From an uncultured Dictyoglomota bacterium (lineage in GTDB: Bacteria; Dictyoglomota; Dictyoglomia; Dictyoglomales; Dictyoglomaceae): 64,000 nt of DNA. The notes under the pieces are model-generated. The model was given only the letters and a program-made list of their open reading frames with translations. It made no database searches and was not told where the DNA came from. This document shows positions 30,361 to 41,067 of this stretch, in pieces. Location: NCBI GenBank assembly GCA_964654465.1, contig CAZZIO010000040.1, positions 32,001 through 96,000 of the forward strand, read 5' to 3'. The stretch's first letter is position 1. Every line of letters begins with the position of its first letter. The translations under genes and the position numbers were made by a program.

Positions 30361-31023
30361 TTATACCTCCTTATAAGTGAGAGTCTTCATTCTTAAAATA
30401 ACATTTTTAGGATCTTCCGAACCAAAAATTCCTTGCCCACTAATCAATATGTTTGCCCCAGCGCTAACCACCAAAGGAGCAGTTTTTAAATCAATACCCC
30501 CATCTACCATTATATCTAAATTTATCCCCTCCTTAATAGCTCTTTCTCTTAGATCCCTTATTTTTTTAAGACAAAAAGGTAAAAATTCCTGCCCCCCATA
30601 ACCAGGATTTACAGTCATAAGTAGAACTAAATCCACCTCTCCAAGAAGATAATCCAAAGTAGACAGAGGAGTTGCTGGATTTAAGGTTATAAAAGGACGA
30701 ACTTTATGCTCTCTTATATATTTTAATAATCTTTGAGGATGATAGGTATTTTCAATATGAAATCCTAAATGATCAGCTCCAGATTCTATAAACATATCTA
30801 CAAAAAGTTCTGGCTTTTCAACCATAAGATGTACATTAAGAAGTAAATTAAATCTCTTTTTTATCGCCTTCACTAAAGATGGACCATAACTTAGATTAGG
30901 GACAAAATGTCCATCCATAATATCAACGTGTAATGCATCAGAATATTCCTCGACAAGTCTTATAGATTTTTCCATATTTAAAAGATCAGCTGAAAGAATT
31001 GAAGGAAAAACTTGGACTTTCAT
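30361..31023 (-). CDS. rpe: Ribulose-phosphate 3-epimerase
   Basis: PSILSAD, HVDIMDGHFVPN, MTVNPGYGGQ, VDGG. True start ATG 31023. Confidence 0.97.
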   Translation of the reverse strand: MKVQVFPSILSADLLNMEKSIRLVEEYSDALHVDIMDGHFVPNLSYGPSLVKAIKKRFNLLLNVHLMVEKPELFVDMFIESGADHLGFHIENTYHPQRLLKYIREHKVRPFITLNPATPLSTLDYLLGEVDLVLLMTVNPGYGGQEFLPFCLKKIRDLRERAIKEGINLDIMVDGGIDLKTAPLVVSAGANILISGQGIFGSEDPKNVILRMKTLTYKEV

Positions 31024-31024
31024 T

Positions 31025-31570
31025 TTACTCTTCCTCAGAAGTATATGTAGATTCAGGAGTATTTCCATAAGAAGACGTGGTAAAGGTATATAAAAGAACC
31101 GTTCCACCCTTTTCCATATATATATTAGCTTGAGGGACTTGTTTTACCACATATCCCTCCTTATTTCCAGCAAAATCAACCACAAAACCTGCCCTCTCAA
31201 GAATATTCAAAGCCTCTCCCATATCTTTATACCTAACATCTGGAACTTTAGCAAAAGAGGCAGGCATATTTATCCATAAAATTATACTACTTCCTATTGG
31301 AACCTTAGTAGTCAATGGATTCTGATCTAAAACCAATAAAAAATCTTTTTTTCTATCCATTAATATACCACCAATCACAATTTTAAAGTTTTTTTCCGAT
31401 AATATCTTAGAAGCTTCCATAATATTTTTTCCTCTTACATCAGGAGGAACAACAGATTCTACATTTGAAGATACAGTATTCTTAAAAAGGATTATAAAAA
31501 GGATAAAGATTAATAGATTTATTCCTATAAGGATATAAAGTATAAGTTCCTTAATTGAAATTTTTTTCAT
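31025..31570 (-). CDS. Membrane-anchored PASTA domain protein
   Basis: N-terminal TM helix and two PASTA-like repeats (PPDVRGK..., VPDVRYK...QVP). Confidence 0.75.
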   Translation of the reverse strand: MKKISIKELILYILIGINLLIFILFIILFKNTVSSNVESVVPPDVRGKNIMEASKILSEKNFKIVIGGILMDRKKDFLLVLDQNPLTTKVPIGSSIILWINMPASFAKVPDVRYKDMGEALNILERAGFVVDFAGNKEGYVVKQVPQANIYMEKGGTVLLYTFTTSSYGNTPESTYTSEEE

Positions 31571-32618
31571 AATTCATCCCCCTCATAATTAAATAAGTTG
31601 CTCTTAATTGGCCACATCCAGCCCTAATTTTACTTCCATAAGAAATTCTCAATGTATTATTTATACCATTCTTATCTAAAATCTCTTTAAACTTCCTAAT
31701 AGAATAAATATCAGAAGGTTCCCATGGATATTCCTTTACTTTATTCCAAGGAATTAAATTCACATGAGCAGGTTTACCCTTAAGAAGTATAGATAGTTTA
31801 TCTGCATGTTCAATTCTATCATTAAAATCTTTTATAAGCACATATTCAAAAGTTATTCTTCTTTTTGTAACATTTGCATAAAACCAAGCACTTTCTAATA
31901 ACTCTTCTATGGGATATTTCTTATTAATGGGAATTATTTGATTTCTCAATTCATTGTCAGGAGCATGTAAAGAAATAGCAAGCCTTACTTTAACTTTTTC
32001 ATTTGCAAGATTATATATCTTTGGAACTATTCCAACAGTAGAAATAGTTATATGTTTACTACCTATTCCAAACCCCCAATCACTGTTGAATATCTCTATA
32101 GATCTTATTACTGCATCATAATTAGCTAAAGGTTCACCCATTCCCATAAAAACAATATTGGAAATTCTTTCTCCTTCTTTCCATAACTCTTTTTGAATTG
32201 TCAATGCCTGCCCAATAATCTCTTCAATCTTTAAATTTCTTTTCAAACCTATTAGTCCTGTAGCACAAAATTTACAAGAAAAAGAACAACCTACCTGCAC
32301 TGATATACATATGGTATTTCTATTATGATGTCTTATAAGAACGGTTTCTATATTTTCACCATCTGATAATTGTAAAAGATATTTGAAGGTATTACCTGCA
32401 TCTTTCTTATCAACAACATGAGGAAGGTCAAAAGAGAAAAACTCTTTTAATTTATTTCTTAGATTCATAGGCAAATTACTCATCTTCTCAGGATCCCATT
32501 CTCCTTTTTTATATATCCAATTCAAAATCTGATCTACCCTATAGGATAGCTCATTCCATCCTTTCAATATCTCTAAAAGATTTTCTTTATTTAGTGAAAA
32601 TATATTTTTAGTACTCAC
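31551..32618 (-). CDS. rlmN: 23S rRNA (adenine(2503)-C2)-methyltransferase, radical SAM
   Basis: CSFSCKFC, FMGMGEP, AISLHA, AGCGQL. Confidence 0.95.
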   Translation of the reverse strand: MSTKNIFSLNKENLLEILKGWNELSYRVDQILNWIYKKGEWDPEKMSNLPMNLRNKLKEFFSFDLPHVVDKKDAGNTFKYLLQLSDGENIETVLIRHHNRNTICISVQVGCSFSCKFCATGLIGLKRNLKIEEIIGQALTIQKELWKEGERISNIVFMGMGEPLANYDAVIRSIEIFNSDWGFGIGSKHITISTVGIVPKIYNLANEKVKVRLAISLHAPDNELRNQIIPINKKYPIEELLESAWFYANVTKRRITFEYVLIKDFNDRIEHADKLSILLKGKPAHVNLIPWNKVKEYPWEPSDIYSIRKFKEILDKNGINNTLRISYGSKIRAGCGQLRATYLIMRGMNYEKNFN

Positions 32619-33903
32619 GGCTCAACAAGCTAATAAAAAAACCATCAGTTTTATATTTATAGGGTAAAACTCTAAATATCCCATTAAACTCCTCATATCT
32701 ATAGGAGAATTTTTCTAAAATAAAATTGGGATTATTTTGGAGAAAAGATAAAACCACACCTTCATTCTCACTCCAAGTAAGCGTACATGTACTATAAAGA
32801 ATTTTTCCTCCTCTTTTAACTAATTTTCCTGCTCTCTCTAAAATCTTTAATTGTAATTTAGAATTTTCATAAATTTGATCCTTTGATAACCTCCACTTTA
32901 TTTCGGGTTTATGACTTAAAACCCCTAAACCTGTACATGGAGCATCTAAAAGAACTTTATCAAAAATACCATTAAAAGATTCTGGAATAGATGTAGCATC
33001 TATATTTAAAGTCTCTATTATTTTAACTCCTAGCCTTTTTGCATTCTCTTCTACCAAACCTATCCTATTTTTATTAATATCCACAGATACAATTTTTCCC
33101 TCATTTTTCATTAATTCAGCCATATGTGTACTTTTAAGCCCTGGAGCAGAACAAAGATCAATAACTTTTTCTCCTGGTTTTGGATTTAATATTAAAGCAG
33201 GTAACATAGAAGCTTCACTCTGTACAATGAAATAACCTTCTCTAAATAGGTCCAAATTTTCTAAAAAAACTCCATTTTTCACTATTAAGGCTTGATCAAC
33301 CAAATAACCATCTTCTACATCAATACTTCTTTTTGTTAATTCTCTTTTCAATTCTTCTTTATTTGTTTTCAATGTATTCACCCTTAAAGAAAATCTCTGA
33401 GGTCTATTACTCCAAGACGCTATCTTAATCTTTTCAGTTGTGCCTAAATAATCGTCCCATTCATCTAATATAAAATCTGGAATAGCATATTTTAAATTTT
33501 CAGGAAAAGATCTTAAATCAACATTATTTCTATTTTCAATGATTCTTCTTGCAACGGCGTTTATTAATTTAACTTCTCTAGGAGCTTTTTCTTTTGCTAC
33601 TTCAACGATTTCATTTATTGCAATAGGAAGAATAGTATTTCTAATAAAATATACATGATATACTACTAATCTTAAAAGAATTTTTGCATATAAAGAAAGA
33701 TTATTTTTTTTAACATATTTTCTCCATATAAAATCTAATGTATCTCTCCACCTCGTAACTCCATAAACTAACTCGGTAATAAGATGTTTTTCATTGATAG
33801 AAAGATTATAAATAGGAAGCCTATTCCTCAGAAGAATATTTAAATAGGCTTCCTTCTTTTCTAATTCATATAAAATCTCAGCTGACCTTTTTCTTACCTC
33901 CAT
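32608..33903 (-). CDS. rsmB: 16S rRNA (cytosine(967)-C5)-methyltransferase
   Basis: NusB-like N-terminus, DLCSAPG, DAPCTG, YSTCT, DGFF. Confidence 0.93.
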   Translation of the reverse strand: MEVRKRSAEILYELEKKEAYLNILLRNRLPIYNLSINEKHLITELVYGVTRWRDTLDFIWRKYVKKNNLSLYAKILLRLVVYHVYFIRNTILPIAINEIVEVAKEKAPREVKLINAVARRIIENRNNVDLRSFPENLKYAIPDFILDEWDDYLGTTEKIKIASWSNRPQRFSLRVNTLKTNKEELKRELTKRSIDVEDGYLVDQALIVKNGVFLENLDLFREGYFIVQSEASMLPALILNPKPGEKVIDLCSAPGLKSTHMAELMKNEGKIVSVDINKNRIGLVEENAKRLGVKIIETLNIDATSIPESFNGIFDKVLLDAPCTGLGVLSHKPEIKWRLSKDQIYENSKLQLKILERAGKLVKRGGKILYSTCTLTWSENEGVVLSFLQNNPNFILEKFSYRYEEFNGIFRVLPYKYKTDGFFISLLSREY

Positions 33904-34592
33904 TAGTCGCGATTTCTCATATTTGCAAGTAAAATAAGACGGAAGAGGTTCAATAATGCAGTTAAAGCAGCAGCAAGATAAGTAAGAGCTGCAGCATTTA
34001 AAACTTGCTTTACTCCCTCTGCTTCTTTAGGTGTAACAATTCCCAAAGATAATAAAATCTCACGAGCTCTTTTACTTGCATTAATTTCCACAGGAAGAGT
34101 AACAATATAGAAAAGTACAGCCAAAGAGAAGGCCAATATACCGATATTCATGAGACTGGGGCTACCAAATAAAAATCCTAAGAAGAAAAGTGGAAAAGCA
34201 AGATTAGTCCCTAAATTAGCTATAGGTACAAGAGAAGATCTAAGAGCAAGAGCATAATAACCTGTAGCATGTTGAACAGCATGTCCAATTTCATGAGCAG
34301 CTACACCTACTGCTGCCACAGAATAAGAAGAGTAAACAGGTTCGGAAAGCCTCAAAACCTTTGATGATGGATCATAATGATCTGTGAGACTTCCTGGAGC
34401 CATTTCTATTCTCACATCATTTAAACCAAGAGCTCTCAATATTATTTCAGCCGCTTCTCTTCCCGTTAATCTCTTAGAGTTAGGTATCTCTGAATAATAT
34501 GTAAAGGTCGATCTAACTTTTAAGCTCGCATATATAGACAATAACAATGCAGGTAGCAATATAATATATGTAGGATCCCAAAAGAAAAACAT
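33903..34592 (-). CDS. Putative neutral zinc metallopeptidase (YugP-like), membrane
   Basis: LTDHYDP, AAHEIGHAVQH, TLPVEINASKRA, AAALTY. Confidence 0.88.
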   Translation of the reverse strand: MFFFWDPTYIILLPALLLSIYASLKVRSTFTYYSEIPNSKRLTGREAAEIILRALGLNDVRIEMAPGSLTDHYDPSSKVLRLSEPVYSSYSVAAVGVAAHEIGHAVQHATGYYALALRSSLVPIANLGTNLAFPLFFLGFLFGSPSLMNIGILAFSLAVLFYIVTLPVEINASKRAREILLSLGIVTPKEAEGVKQVLNAAALTYLAAALTALLNLFRLILLANMRNRD

Positions 34593-34621
34593 TTATATAT
34601 CACCTCCCAATTAATATATTA

Positions 34622-35563
34622 TTAATCAAATTTTTCACCTATACTTAGACGATAACCATTTAAAAATTCTTTATAAGTCATCTTTTTTTTATTTTCAGGT
34701 TGAAGCTCCAATATATATAATATTCCATTTGTAGCTTTAATACCAATGCCTTTATTTCTATCTATAACAGAAATAGTACCATTTTCATATTCTAAATAGT
34801 TATTAGTAATCTCGTAATTTGCCTTGTAAACTTTAAGAATTTTACCTCTAAAAAAGGTAAAAGCACCAGGTTCTGGAGACAAAGCTCTAATCTGACACCA
34901 TATTTTTTTAACATGATTATTCCAGTCTATTCTCTCCTCTTCTTTAGAAATCTTAGGAGCATAAGTTGCCTCACTATCATTTTGAGGTGTAGGTTTTAAA
35001 GTACCATCTTTTATTTTAGGAAGCACCTCTAAAAGTAAATCTGCCCCTAAATTAGCTAATTTTATAGTTAAGGATTCCCTGTTGTCTTCAGGAAGAATAG
35101 GAATCTTCCTTATTGCATAAACTGGTCCTGTATCTAAGCCTTTTTCCATTTGCATAATAGAAATTCCTGTCTCATCTTCACAATTCATTAGAGCTCTTTC
35201 GATAGGAGATGCACCTCTATACTTAGGTAAACAAGATGCATGGATATTAATACCACCAAAAGATGGTATAAGCAAAAGGTTTTCTGGTAGTATCTTTCCA
35301 TAAGCTGCAACTATAAAGGCATCAGGATTAAGATTTTTTATAATTTCATCTATTTCAAAATTATTCCTTAATCTCTCTGGCTGATATAGAGGAATATTTT
35401 TCTCCTTAGCAAAAAGTTTAACAGGAGATGGAATTATTTTTTTACCTCTTCCTTGCGGTTTATCAGGTTGAGTTACTACTGCCAATATATTTAATTTCTC
35501 GTATATTTTTTCTAATATAATTCTTGCAAAAATTGGAGTACCGAAAAATATTACCCTCATCAT
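34622..35563 (-). CDS. fmt: Methionyl-tRNA formyltransferase
   Basis: FFGTP, TQPDKPQGRG, AAYGKIL, NIHASCLPKYRGASPI. Confidence 0.97.
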   Translation of the reverse strand: MMRVIFFGTPIFARIILEKIYEKLNILAVVTQPDKPQGRGKKIIPSPVKLFAKEKNIPLYQPERLRNNFEIDEIIKNLNPDAFIVAAYGKILPENLLLIPSFGGINIHASCLPKYRGASPIERALMNCEDETGISIMQMEKGLDTGPVYAIRKIPILPEDNRESLTIKLANLGADLLLEVLPKIKDGTLKPTPQNDSEATYAPKISKEEERIDWNNHVKKIWCQIRALSPEPGAFTFFRGKILKVYKANYEITNNYLEYENGTISVIDRNKGIGIKATNGILYILELQPENKKKMTYKEFLNGYRLSIGEKFD

Positions 35564-36018
35564 ATATTGTTTCCTACCTCTTCTGCTATACCTCTATCCA
35601 CAATTAAAAATCCATCTAAATGATCTATCTCATGTTGAATAATCCTTGCTAAAAGACCCTTTGCTCTATATTTTTTCACTTTTCCACTTAAATCTTGAGC
35701 CTTAAAAACAATTCTTTCATATCTTTTTATTTTTAACTCTATACCTGGAATACTCAAACAACCCTCTAAATCAATAACCTCTCCTTCAGCCTCCAATATT
35801 TCAGGGTTAATAAAAGCAATAGGTTTATTTTCATAATCGACCACTATAATTCTAAGAGATTCTCCTACTTGAGGAGCAGCAAGTCCTACACCATTTGCAA
35901 ATTTCATCGTCTCAATCATATCCTCTACAAGTCTCTTAATCTTTGTATCTATACTCTCAACTTTATGAGCTTTTTGCTTTAACACTGGATCTCCAATCTT
36001 TCTTATTTCAAGTATCAT
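35560..36018 (-). CDS. def: Peptide deformylase
   Basis: GVGLAAPQ, EGCLS, QHEIDHLDG. Confidence 0.98.
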   Translation of the reverse strand: MILEIRKIGDPVLKQKAHKVESIDTKIKRLVEDMIETMKFANGVGLAAPQVGESLRIIVVDYENKPIAFINPEILEAEGEVIDLEGCLSIPGIELKIKRYERIVFKAQDLSGKVKKYRAKGLLARIIQHEIDHLDGFLIVDRGIAEEVGNNI

Positions 36019-36030
36019 TTTTATATCACC

Positions 36031-38148
36031 TCATAAATTAGTTTCCTTCATATCTACATTTATTATAAATTTTACATTAGAAAAAGGAGTTTTACTATCC
36101 TCACAAATATTCTTTAGCATCCTACTCTCTATAATTCCTTTTCTGTCTTTTATCAATATCTGATATCTAAACTTATCCTTTATAAGATAAGGATAAAAAG
36201 GAGCTGGTCCTAAAACCTCCAAATCAGCATATTTTTCCTCCAATATAGCTACCATCTTTTTACCCTCATCCACAACCTCGTCTTCATCCGAACCTTCTAC
36301 TATAATCTGATGTAAAATAGAAAAGGGAGGATAAAAAAGTGATTTTCTTAATTTCAACTCATAATTTAAAAAGGTACCATAAGAATTGCTTTTTATAGCT
36401 TTTACCACATAATGGGAAGGAGAATAAGTTCTTAATATGATTTCTTCACCTTTAAAGAAAGATTTAATTCTATTTAACATATTGAAAGCCTTTTCAGGCA
36501 TAGAAAAATCAGGGATATGAATGAAATTATCCAAATTATATATTATAAGAACTCCTGCATCTTCAAGATCTAACCAAGGTTCTATCATTTTTGTACCTAC
36601 AATAATATCAGCCTCTTTTATTAAGGATTCACCCTGAAGCTCTATCTCACTATCTATTCTTAGAACCTTATAATTCTTGAAAGTTTTAACCAAATATCTC
36701 TCAAGTTTTTCAGTACCGATACCACCAAAAATAAAATTATATCCTTGACATACAGGGCACATGGTAGGTGGAAGAGAAGTAAAACCACAGTAATGACATT
36801 TTAAAACTTTGTCTTCATCTTGATGAAAAACTAACGGTGATCTACAATGAGGACACATAAAAATATATCCACAATCTACACATTGAATATATGTAGAAAA
36901 ACCTAAGCGATTTAACAATATCAGAACTTTCCTCTTTATCCTCATATTATCATTTATTCTCTTTGTGGAATAGCTATCTAAAAAATCTTCGTTTCTAATT
37001 CTTCTTAAATCAATTATCGTAATTTTTTTCTTTATTAAATCGGGAATTCTGACAAAATTAAACATTTTTTTAGAAATAGCCTGATAAAAATCCCTTATAG
37101 AGGGAGAACTAGATCCCAATATGATGGGAATTCCCTCAAACTCTGCCCTTTTTAAAGCTACTTTAACACCATCATATTTGGGTTCTTTCTCTCTTATATC
37201 ATAAAACTCATTCTCTTCTTGATCAACAATAATTACCCCAAGATTATTAAAGGGTAAAAAAAGTCCTTTAGTTGTACTAAGAATAATAGCCCTTTCAGTT
37301 CCTGCAATTTTATATACTCTATATGCCTGAGCCTCTGTTAAAAGTCCATGGTAAAAGTAAAAGGGGACTGGAACTAAATCTGATAAAAATTCACCAAATT
37401 TAATTAAAGTCTTTATAGTTGGAAATACCAAGAGGACACTTTTTCCTTTCTGATAAAAATATTTTAATAACTCAAAATACATTTTCCATCTTTTTTTCTG
37501 AGATTCAACAAAAAGCAAAAGAGGTTTATTAACAATTTTAAGTATATTATCCATATCTATTTCAAGGTTTCCCCAACTATCGCTGATCTTTTCACTTTGA
37601 AAAACAGTTTTTCTTGGTGCCTTCTCCTTTATTACAATTTCAAATCTCTCCTCTATGGCCCCTTTTTTAATAAGCTCATTTATAACAGATTCAGAAATCT
37701 TTCCTACTTCTTTTTTTAGTTCTTCCACTGTTTTTTCCTCAAAAAGGCTTATAAAAACTTTTTCTTGCTTTTTTGTCATATCTACAGCCACATCCTTAGC
37801 TACTAAATATCTTTTAACATCTAAATCAATTCCTGTAGGAAATATATAATTTGCGGTCCTATATAAAGAATTCCCATAGTAATCACTTACCCAATTAACT
37901 AAATTAATAAGAGGTGTTCCAAGAGATGGAACCTCTGTAAGCCGAGCATGTATCGGCTGAAGATTATATTCTATGCTATTATCTTCTAAGATATCCCAAA
38001 TATAACCAATTTTTTTAGATTTTTTTAGAGGAACAATAACAGGACTACCTATTTCAATATATGAAAATTCCTCTGGAATTGAATAGTATAAAAAATCTCT
38101 TTCTGGAATATAGGTTTCAAAAAGAATTACTTTTGCTACCTTCACCAA
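36031..38148 (-). CDS. priA: Primosomal protein N' with degenerate helicase motifs
   Basis: 8-Cys CRR intact, LNRLGFS, GIGTEK, YPPFS, GPAP; rpoZ-priA-def-fmt synteny; Walker A and DExH not conserved. Confidence 0.85.
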   Translation of the reverse strand: MVKVAKVILFETYIPERDFLYYSIPEEFSYIEIGSPVIVPLKKSKKIGYIWDILEDNSIEYNLQPIHARLTEVPSLGTPLINLVNWVSDYYGNSLYRTANYIFPTGIDLDVKRYLVAKDVAVDMTKKQEKVFISLFEEKTVEELKKEVGKISESVINELIKKGAIEERFEIVIKEKAPRKTVFQSEKISDSWGNLEIDMDNILKIVNKPLLLFVESQKKRWKMYFELLKYFYQKGKSVLLVFPTIKTLIKFGEFLSDLVPVPFYFYHGLLTEAQAYRVYKIAGTERAIILSTTKGLFLPFNNLGVIIVDQEENEFYDIREKEPKYDGVKVALKRAEFEGIPIILGSSSPSIRDFYQAISKKMFNFVRIPDLIKKKITIIDLRRIRNEDFLDSYSTKRINDNMRIKRKVLILLNRLGFSTYIQCVDCGYIFMCPHCRSPLVFHQDEDKVLKCHYCGFTSLPPTMCPVCQGYNFIFGGIGTEKLERYLVKTFKNYKVLRIDSEIELQGESLIKEADIIVGTKMIEPWLDLEDAGVLIIYNLDNFIHIPDFSMPEKAFNMLNRIKSFFKGEEIILRTYSPSHYVVKAIKSNSYGTFLNYELKLRKSLFYPPFSILHQIIVEGSDEDEVVDEGKKMVAILEEKYADLEVLGPAPFYPYLIKDKFRYQILIKDRKGIIESRMLKNICEDSKTPFSNVKFIINVDMKETNL

Positions 38149-38154
38149 AAGCTC

Positions 38155-38358
38155 TTATAGTTCGCTCTCTTCTCCCTCTTTAAAGGTAACCTTTCCTTTA
38201 GCTATTTCTTCCATAGCAAGAATTAATGGATCCTTAGCCACAGTCTTTAAGAACTTTAGTTCCTCAAAAATTTGTCTTGCCCTTTTTGAAACTGTTACTG
38301 TCAATACATATTTATTTGAGATTTTTTCTAAAAGTTCATCAATATTAAGTTCTTTCAT
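38155..38358 (-). CDS. rpoZ: RNA polymerase omega subunit
   Basis: [24 protein letters not shown]...AMEEIA; start ATG 38358 after GGAGGTG. Confidence 0.92.
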   Translation of the reverse strand: MKELNIDELLEKISNKYVLTVTVSKRARQIFEELKFLKTVAKDPLILAMEEIAKGKVTFKEGEESEL

Positions 38359-38974
38359 TAAACTCACCTCCAAATAATTTTAAAAAATATTCAATTTTCT
38401 CCCTACAAAGTTTATGCCTCTCTGCTATTATAATACTTCTTACTCTATCAACTGCATTTTCTAGATCATCATTTATAACAGCATAATCATAATAAGAAAT
38501 TTTAGAAATTTCAAGAGGAGCATTCTTAAGACGGATTTCTAAATCTCTTAGATTCTCTGTTTCTCTGCCTATAAGTCTTCTTTTTAATTCTTCAAAATCA
38601 GGTGGTAAAACAAATATTAATATGGCTTTATCATAAATCTTTTTCACATTTATTCCACCTTGCACATCAATTTTTAATATAACATCAACCCCTTTATTCA
38701 CAAACTCCTCTATTATTCTCTTGGGAGTACCATATAGATATCCATGCACCGCTGCCCATTCTAAGAACTCTCCCTTTTCAACCATTTCCTTAAAAGTTTT
38801 TTCATCTGTAAAATAGTAACTTTTACCTTCTACCTCTCCTAATCTTTTGGGTCTTGTGGTAAAAGATACAGATTTTACTAAGTTTGGTACCAATCCAAGA
38901 AGTCTTTCTAAAATAGCATCCTTACCAACTCCAGAAGGGCCAGAAAGAACAAAAAGATTCCCTTTAAAAATCAT
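38345..38974 (-). CDS. gmk: Guanylate kinase
   Basis: [28 protein letters not shown]. Confidence 0.97.
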   Translation of the reverse strand: MIFKGNLFVLSGPSGVGKDAILERLLGLVPNLVKSVSFTTRPKRLGEVEGKSYYFTDEKTFKEMVEKGEFLEWAAVHGYLYGTPKRIIEEFVNKGVDVILKIDVQGGINVKKIYDKAILIFVLPPDFEELKRRLIGRETENLRDLEIRLKNAPLEISKISYYDYAVINDDLENAVDRVRSIIIAERHKLCREKIEYFLKLFGGEFNERT

Positions 38975-39231
38975 TTTTCATTCTCCTCTAATTTTTCTCC
39001 ACCCTCTATTCTTGCTGCAATAGTTTCTGGATGTAAAGCAGACAAAACTATATGACCACTATCTAATACAAGTACAGCTCTTGTCTTTCTCCCATAAGTT
39101 GCATCTATAAGTTCATTACGATTTTTAGCATCAGATAAAAACCTTTTTATGGGTGCAGAATCAGGACTTATAATAGCCACAACTCTCGAGCTCACCACCA
39201 TATTACCAAACCCAATATTAATAAGTTTCAT
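38971..39231 (-). CDS. remA: RemA / DUF370 family regulator
   Basis: INIGFGN...SPDSAPIKR...[12 protein letters not shown]...HIVLSA; start ATG 39231. Confidence 0.92.
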   Translation of the reverse strand: MKLINIGFGNMVVSSRVVAIISPDSAPIKRFLSDAKNRNELIDATYGRKTRAVLVLDSGHIVLSALHPETIAARIEGGEKLEENEK

Positions 39232-39249
39232 AATTAGTTCCACTCCCCT

Positions 39250-40107
39250 CTATTCAATATTTAATGTTAATTCTCTAATTTTTTCCAATTCTTTTTTTAG
39301 ATCAATAGCATAAAACATAATAGACGTTTTTGCAGTTTTACTTGATAAAGTATTTATTTCTCTATTCATTTCTTGAAGTATAAATTCCAATGTTTTCCCT
39401 ATAGACCCATCCTTTTTTATCTCTTCATAAAATCTTCTTATAAATTCATCAATCCTAGTTATCTCTTCATTGATATCAGTTTTCATAAGAAGAAGAGCAA
39501 TTTCTTGATAAAGTCTATCCTCATTTATAATGTTGAATTCAAATTCCTTTAACTTCTTTTCTAAAAAAAGTTTTGCCTCTTTTTGCCAATTCTCTTCTTC
39601 CCTTTTAACATTAGAAAGGAGTGTTTCTATTTTATTTAAACTTTCTAATATAGCCCTTTTAATGCTTTCTCCTTCTTCCCTTTTATATCCATCAAACTCT
39701 TCTATTAACAATTTTGTCTCGGAAATTATTTTTTTACAATCCTCTTCATTAAAAATTCTATTTTCTGTAAAGAATACTTGAGGGTTAGCAAGAATCTCTT
39801 TCCAATTATATATAGCCTCTGAATTTCCAGTAATTTTACCAAGATCTTTTAAGATATTACTAAGAAGATCTATATTTAACCTTGAATAATTTTCAGGTGA
39901 TTTATGAATCTTTAAGGAAAAAACCACATATCCCCTTTTTACATAGCGTTTTATCTCAGCAATTATTTCCCTTTCTAAAAAAGAAAGAGCATCAGGTAGG
40001 TTTACCTTAATTTCTAAAAACCGATGATTATAGCCTTTTATTTCTAAAAAAAAAGTAAGGCTATCAATAACAAATTCTCTAAATGCTGAAGAAGTCATAC
40101 TTTTCAT
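39250..40107 (-). CDS. yicC: YicC/YloC family endoribonuclease
   Basis: MKSMT, NHRFLE, DINEEITR, GKTLEFILQEMNREINTLSSK, IRE...NIE. Confidence 0.9.
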   Translation of the reverse strand: MKSMTSSAFREFVIDSLTFFLEIKGYNHRFLEIKVNLPDALSFLEREIIAEIKRYVKRGYVVFSLKIHKSPENYSRLNIDLLSNILKDLGKITGNSEAIYNWKEILANPQVFFTENRIFNEEDCKKIISETKLLIEEFDGYKREEGESIKRAILESLNKIETLLSNVKREEENWQKEAKLFLEKKLKEFEFNIINEDRLYQEIALLLMKTDINEEITRIDEFIRRFYEEIKKDGSIGKTLEFILQEMNREINTLSSKTAKTSIMFYAIDLKKELEKIRELTLNIE

Positions 40108-40116
40108 TTTACTATA

Positions 40117-40166
40117 ATTTTACTTCACCACTTTACATTTGCCAAGTGGAAAAATATATTTATAAT
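40117..40166. promoter_or_regulatory. Back-to-back divergent promoters with overlapping -35 boxes (yicC and rsmI)
   Basis: +: TTGCCA 40139-40144, 16 nt, TATAAT 40161-40166. -: TTGGCA 40145-40140, 17 nt, TAAAAT 40122-40117. Confidence 0.6.
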
Positions 40167-40177
40167 TTAAGGTAAGT

Positions 40178-41041
40178 ATGGGAAAATTATATGTAGTAGC
40201 AACACCAATAGGAAATTTAAAAGATATTACTTTTAGAGCTATAGAGGTTCTAAAAAGCTGTCCAATAATTGCTGCTGAGGATACTAATCATACTAAGATT
40301 TTATTAAAAAAATACGAGATTGAAAATAAAACTATCATCTCTTATCACAAATATAACGAGGAAAAAAGGGTAAAATTATTTTTAGATTTACTTATTAAAA
40401 AAAATTTAGATATTGCTTTGGTTTCAGATGCTGGAACACCATGTATATCTGATCCTGGTTATCAAATAGTAAAAACTGCTAGAGAAAATAATATAGATGT
40501 AATTCCAATTCCTGGCCCCTCATCACTAATAGCAGCTCTTTCCATATCAGGACTCCCTCTTAATACCTTCTACTTTGCAGGTTTTTTGCCTAAATCATCA
40601 AAAAGAACAGAGTATTTAAAAAAGATAGAAGAAAAAGAGATAGAAACTTTTGTTATATATGAATCTCCCAAGAGAATTGATGAACTTTTACAAGATATAT
40701 TAAAAATATTTCCCAATTCTATATTATGCGTATGTAGAGAACTTACAAAAACCTTCGAAAAGGTATATTATGGTAATATAGAAAAGGTAATAGAGGAAGT
40801 TAATAAAGATCCATATAAAGAAAAAGGAGAATATACTATCATAGTACACCGGGAAAGAAAGGCTAAAAAAGACTTCAAAAAAGATATTTCTATTGAAGCT
40901 ATACTTTTTGATGAACTTATTAAACAAGACCTTTCTTTAAAAGATGCAATTGAGAAAGTATCTAAAAAATTAAATATACCTAAAAAGGAAGTTTATAAGG
41001 CGTCAATAAACCTAAAAGAGAAAATTAAGAGAATATTATAA
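40178..41041 (+). CDS. rsmI: 16S rRNA (cytidine(1402)-2'-O)-methyltransferase
   Basis: LYVVATPIGNL, AAEDT, SDAGTPCISDPG, YESP, RELTK. Confidence 0.96.
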   Translation: MGKLYVVATPIGNLKDITFRAIEVLKSCPIIAAEDTNHTKILLKKYEIENKTIISYHKYNEEKRVKLFLDLLIKKNLDIALVSDAGTPCISDPGYQIVKTARENNIDVIPIPGPSSLIAALSISGLPLNTFYFAGFLPKSSKRTEYLKKIEEKEIETFVIYESPKRIDELLQDILKIFPNSILCVCRELTKTFEKVYYGNIEKVIEEVNKDPYKEKGEYTIIVHRERKAKKDFKKDISIEAILFDELIKQDLSLKDAIEKVSKKLNIPKKEVYKASINLKEKIKRIL

Positions 41042-41067
41042 CATTTAGAAAGGAGGAACTTTATTTT

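Noticed and set aside
31024-31107. ORF-track extension of rpe (likewise the 28830 start of the ABC ATPase and other longest-ORF starts)
   Set aside because: The extensions overlap upstream genes and precede the family-typical N-termini; downstream ATGs fit better.
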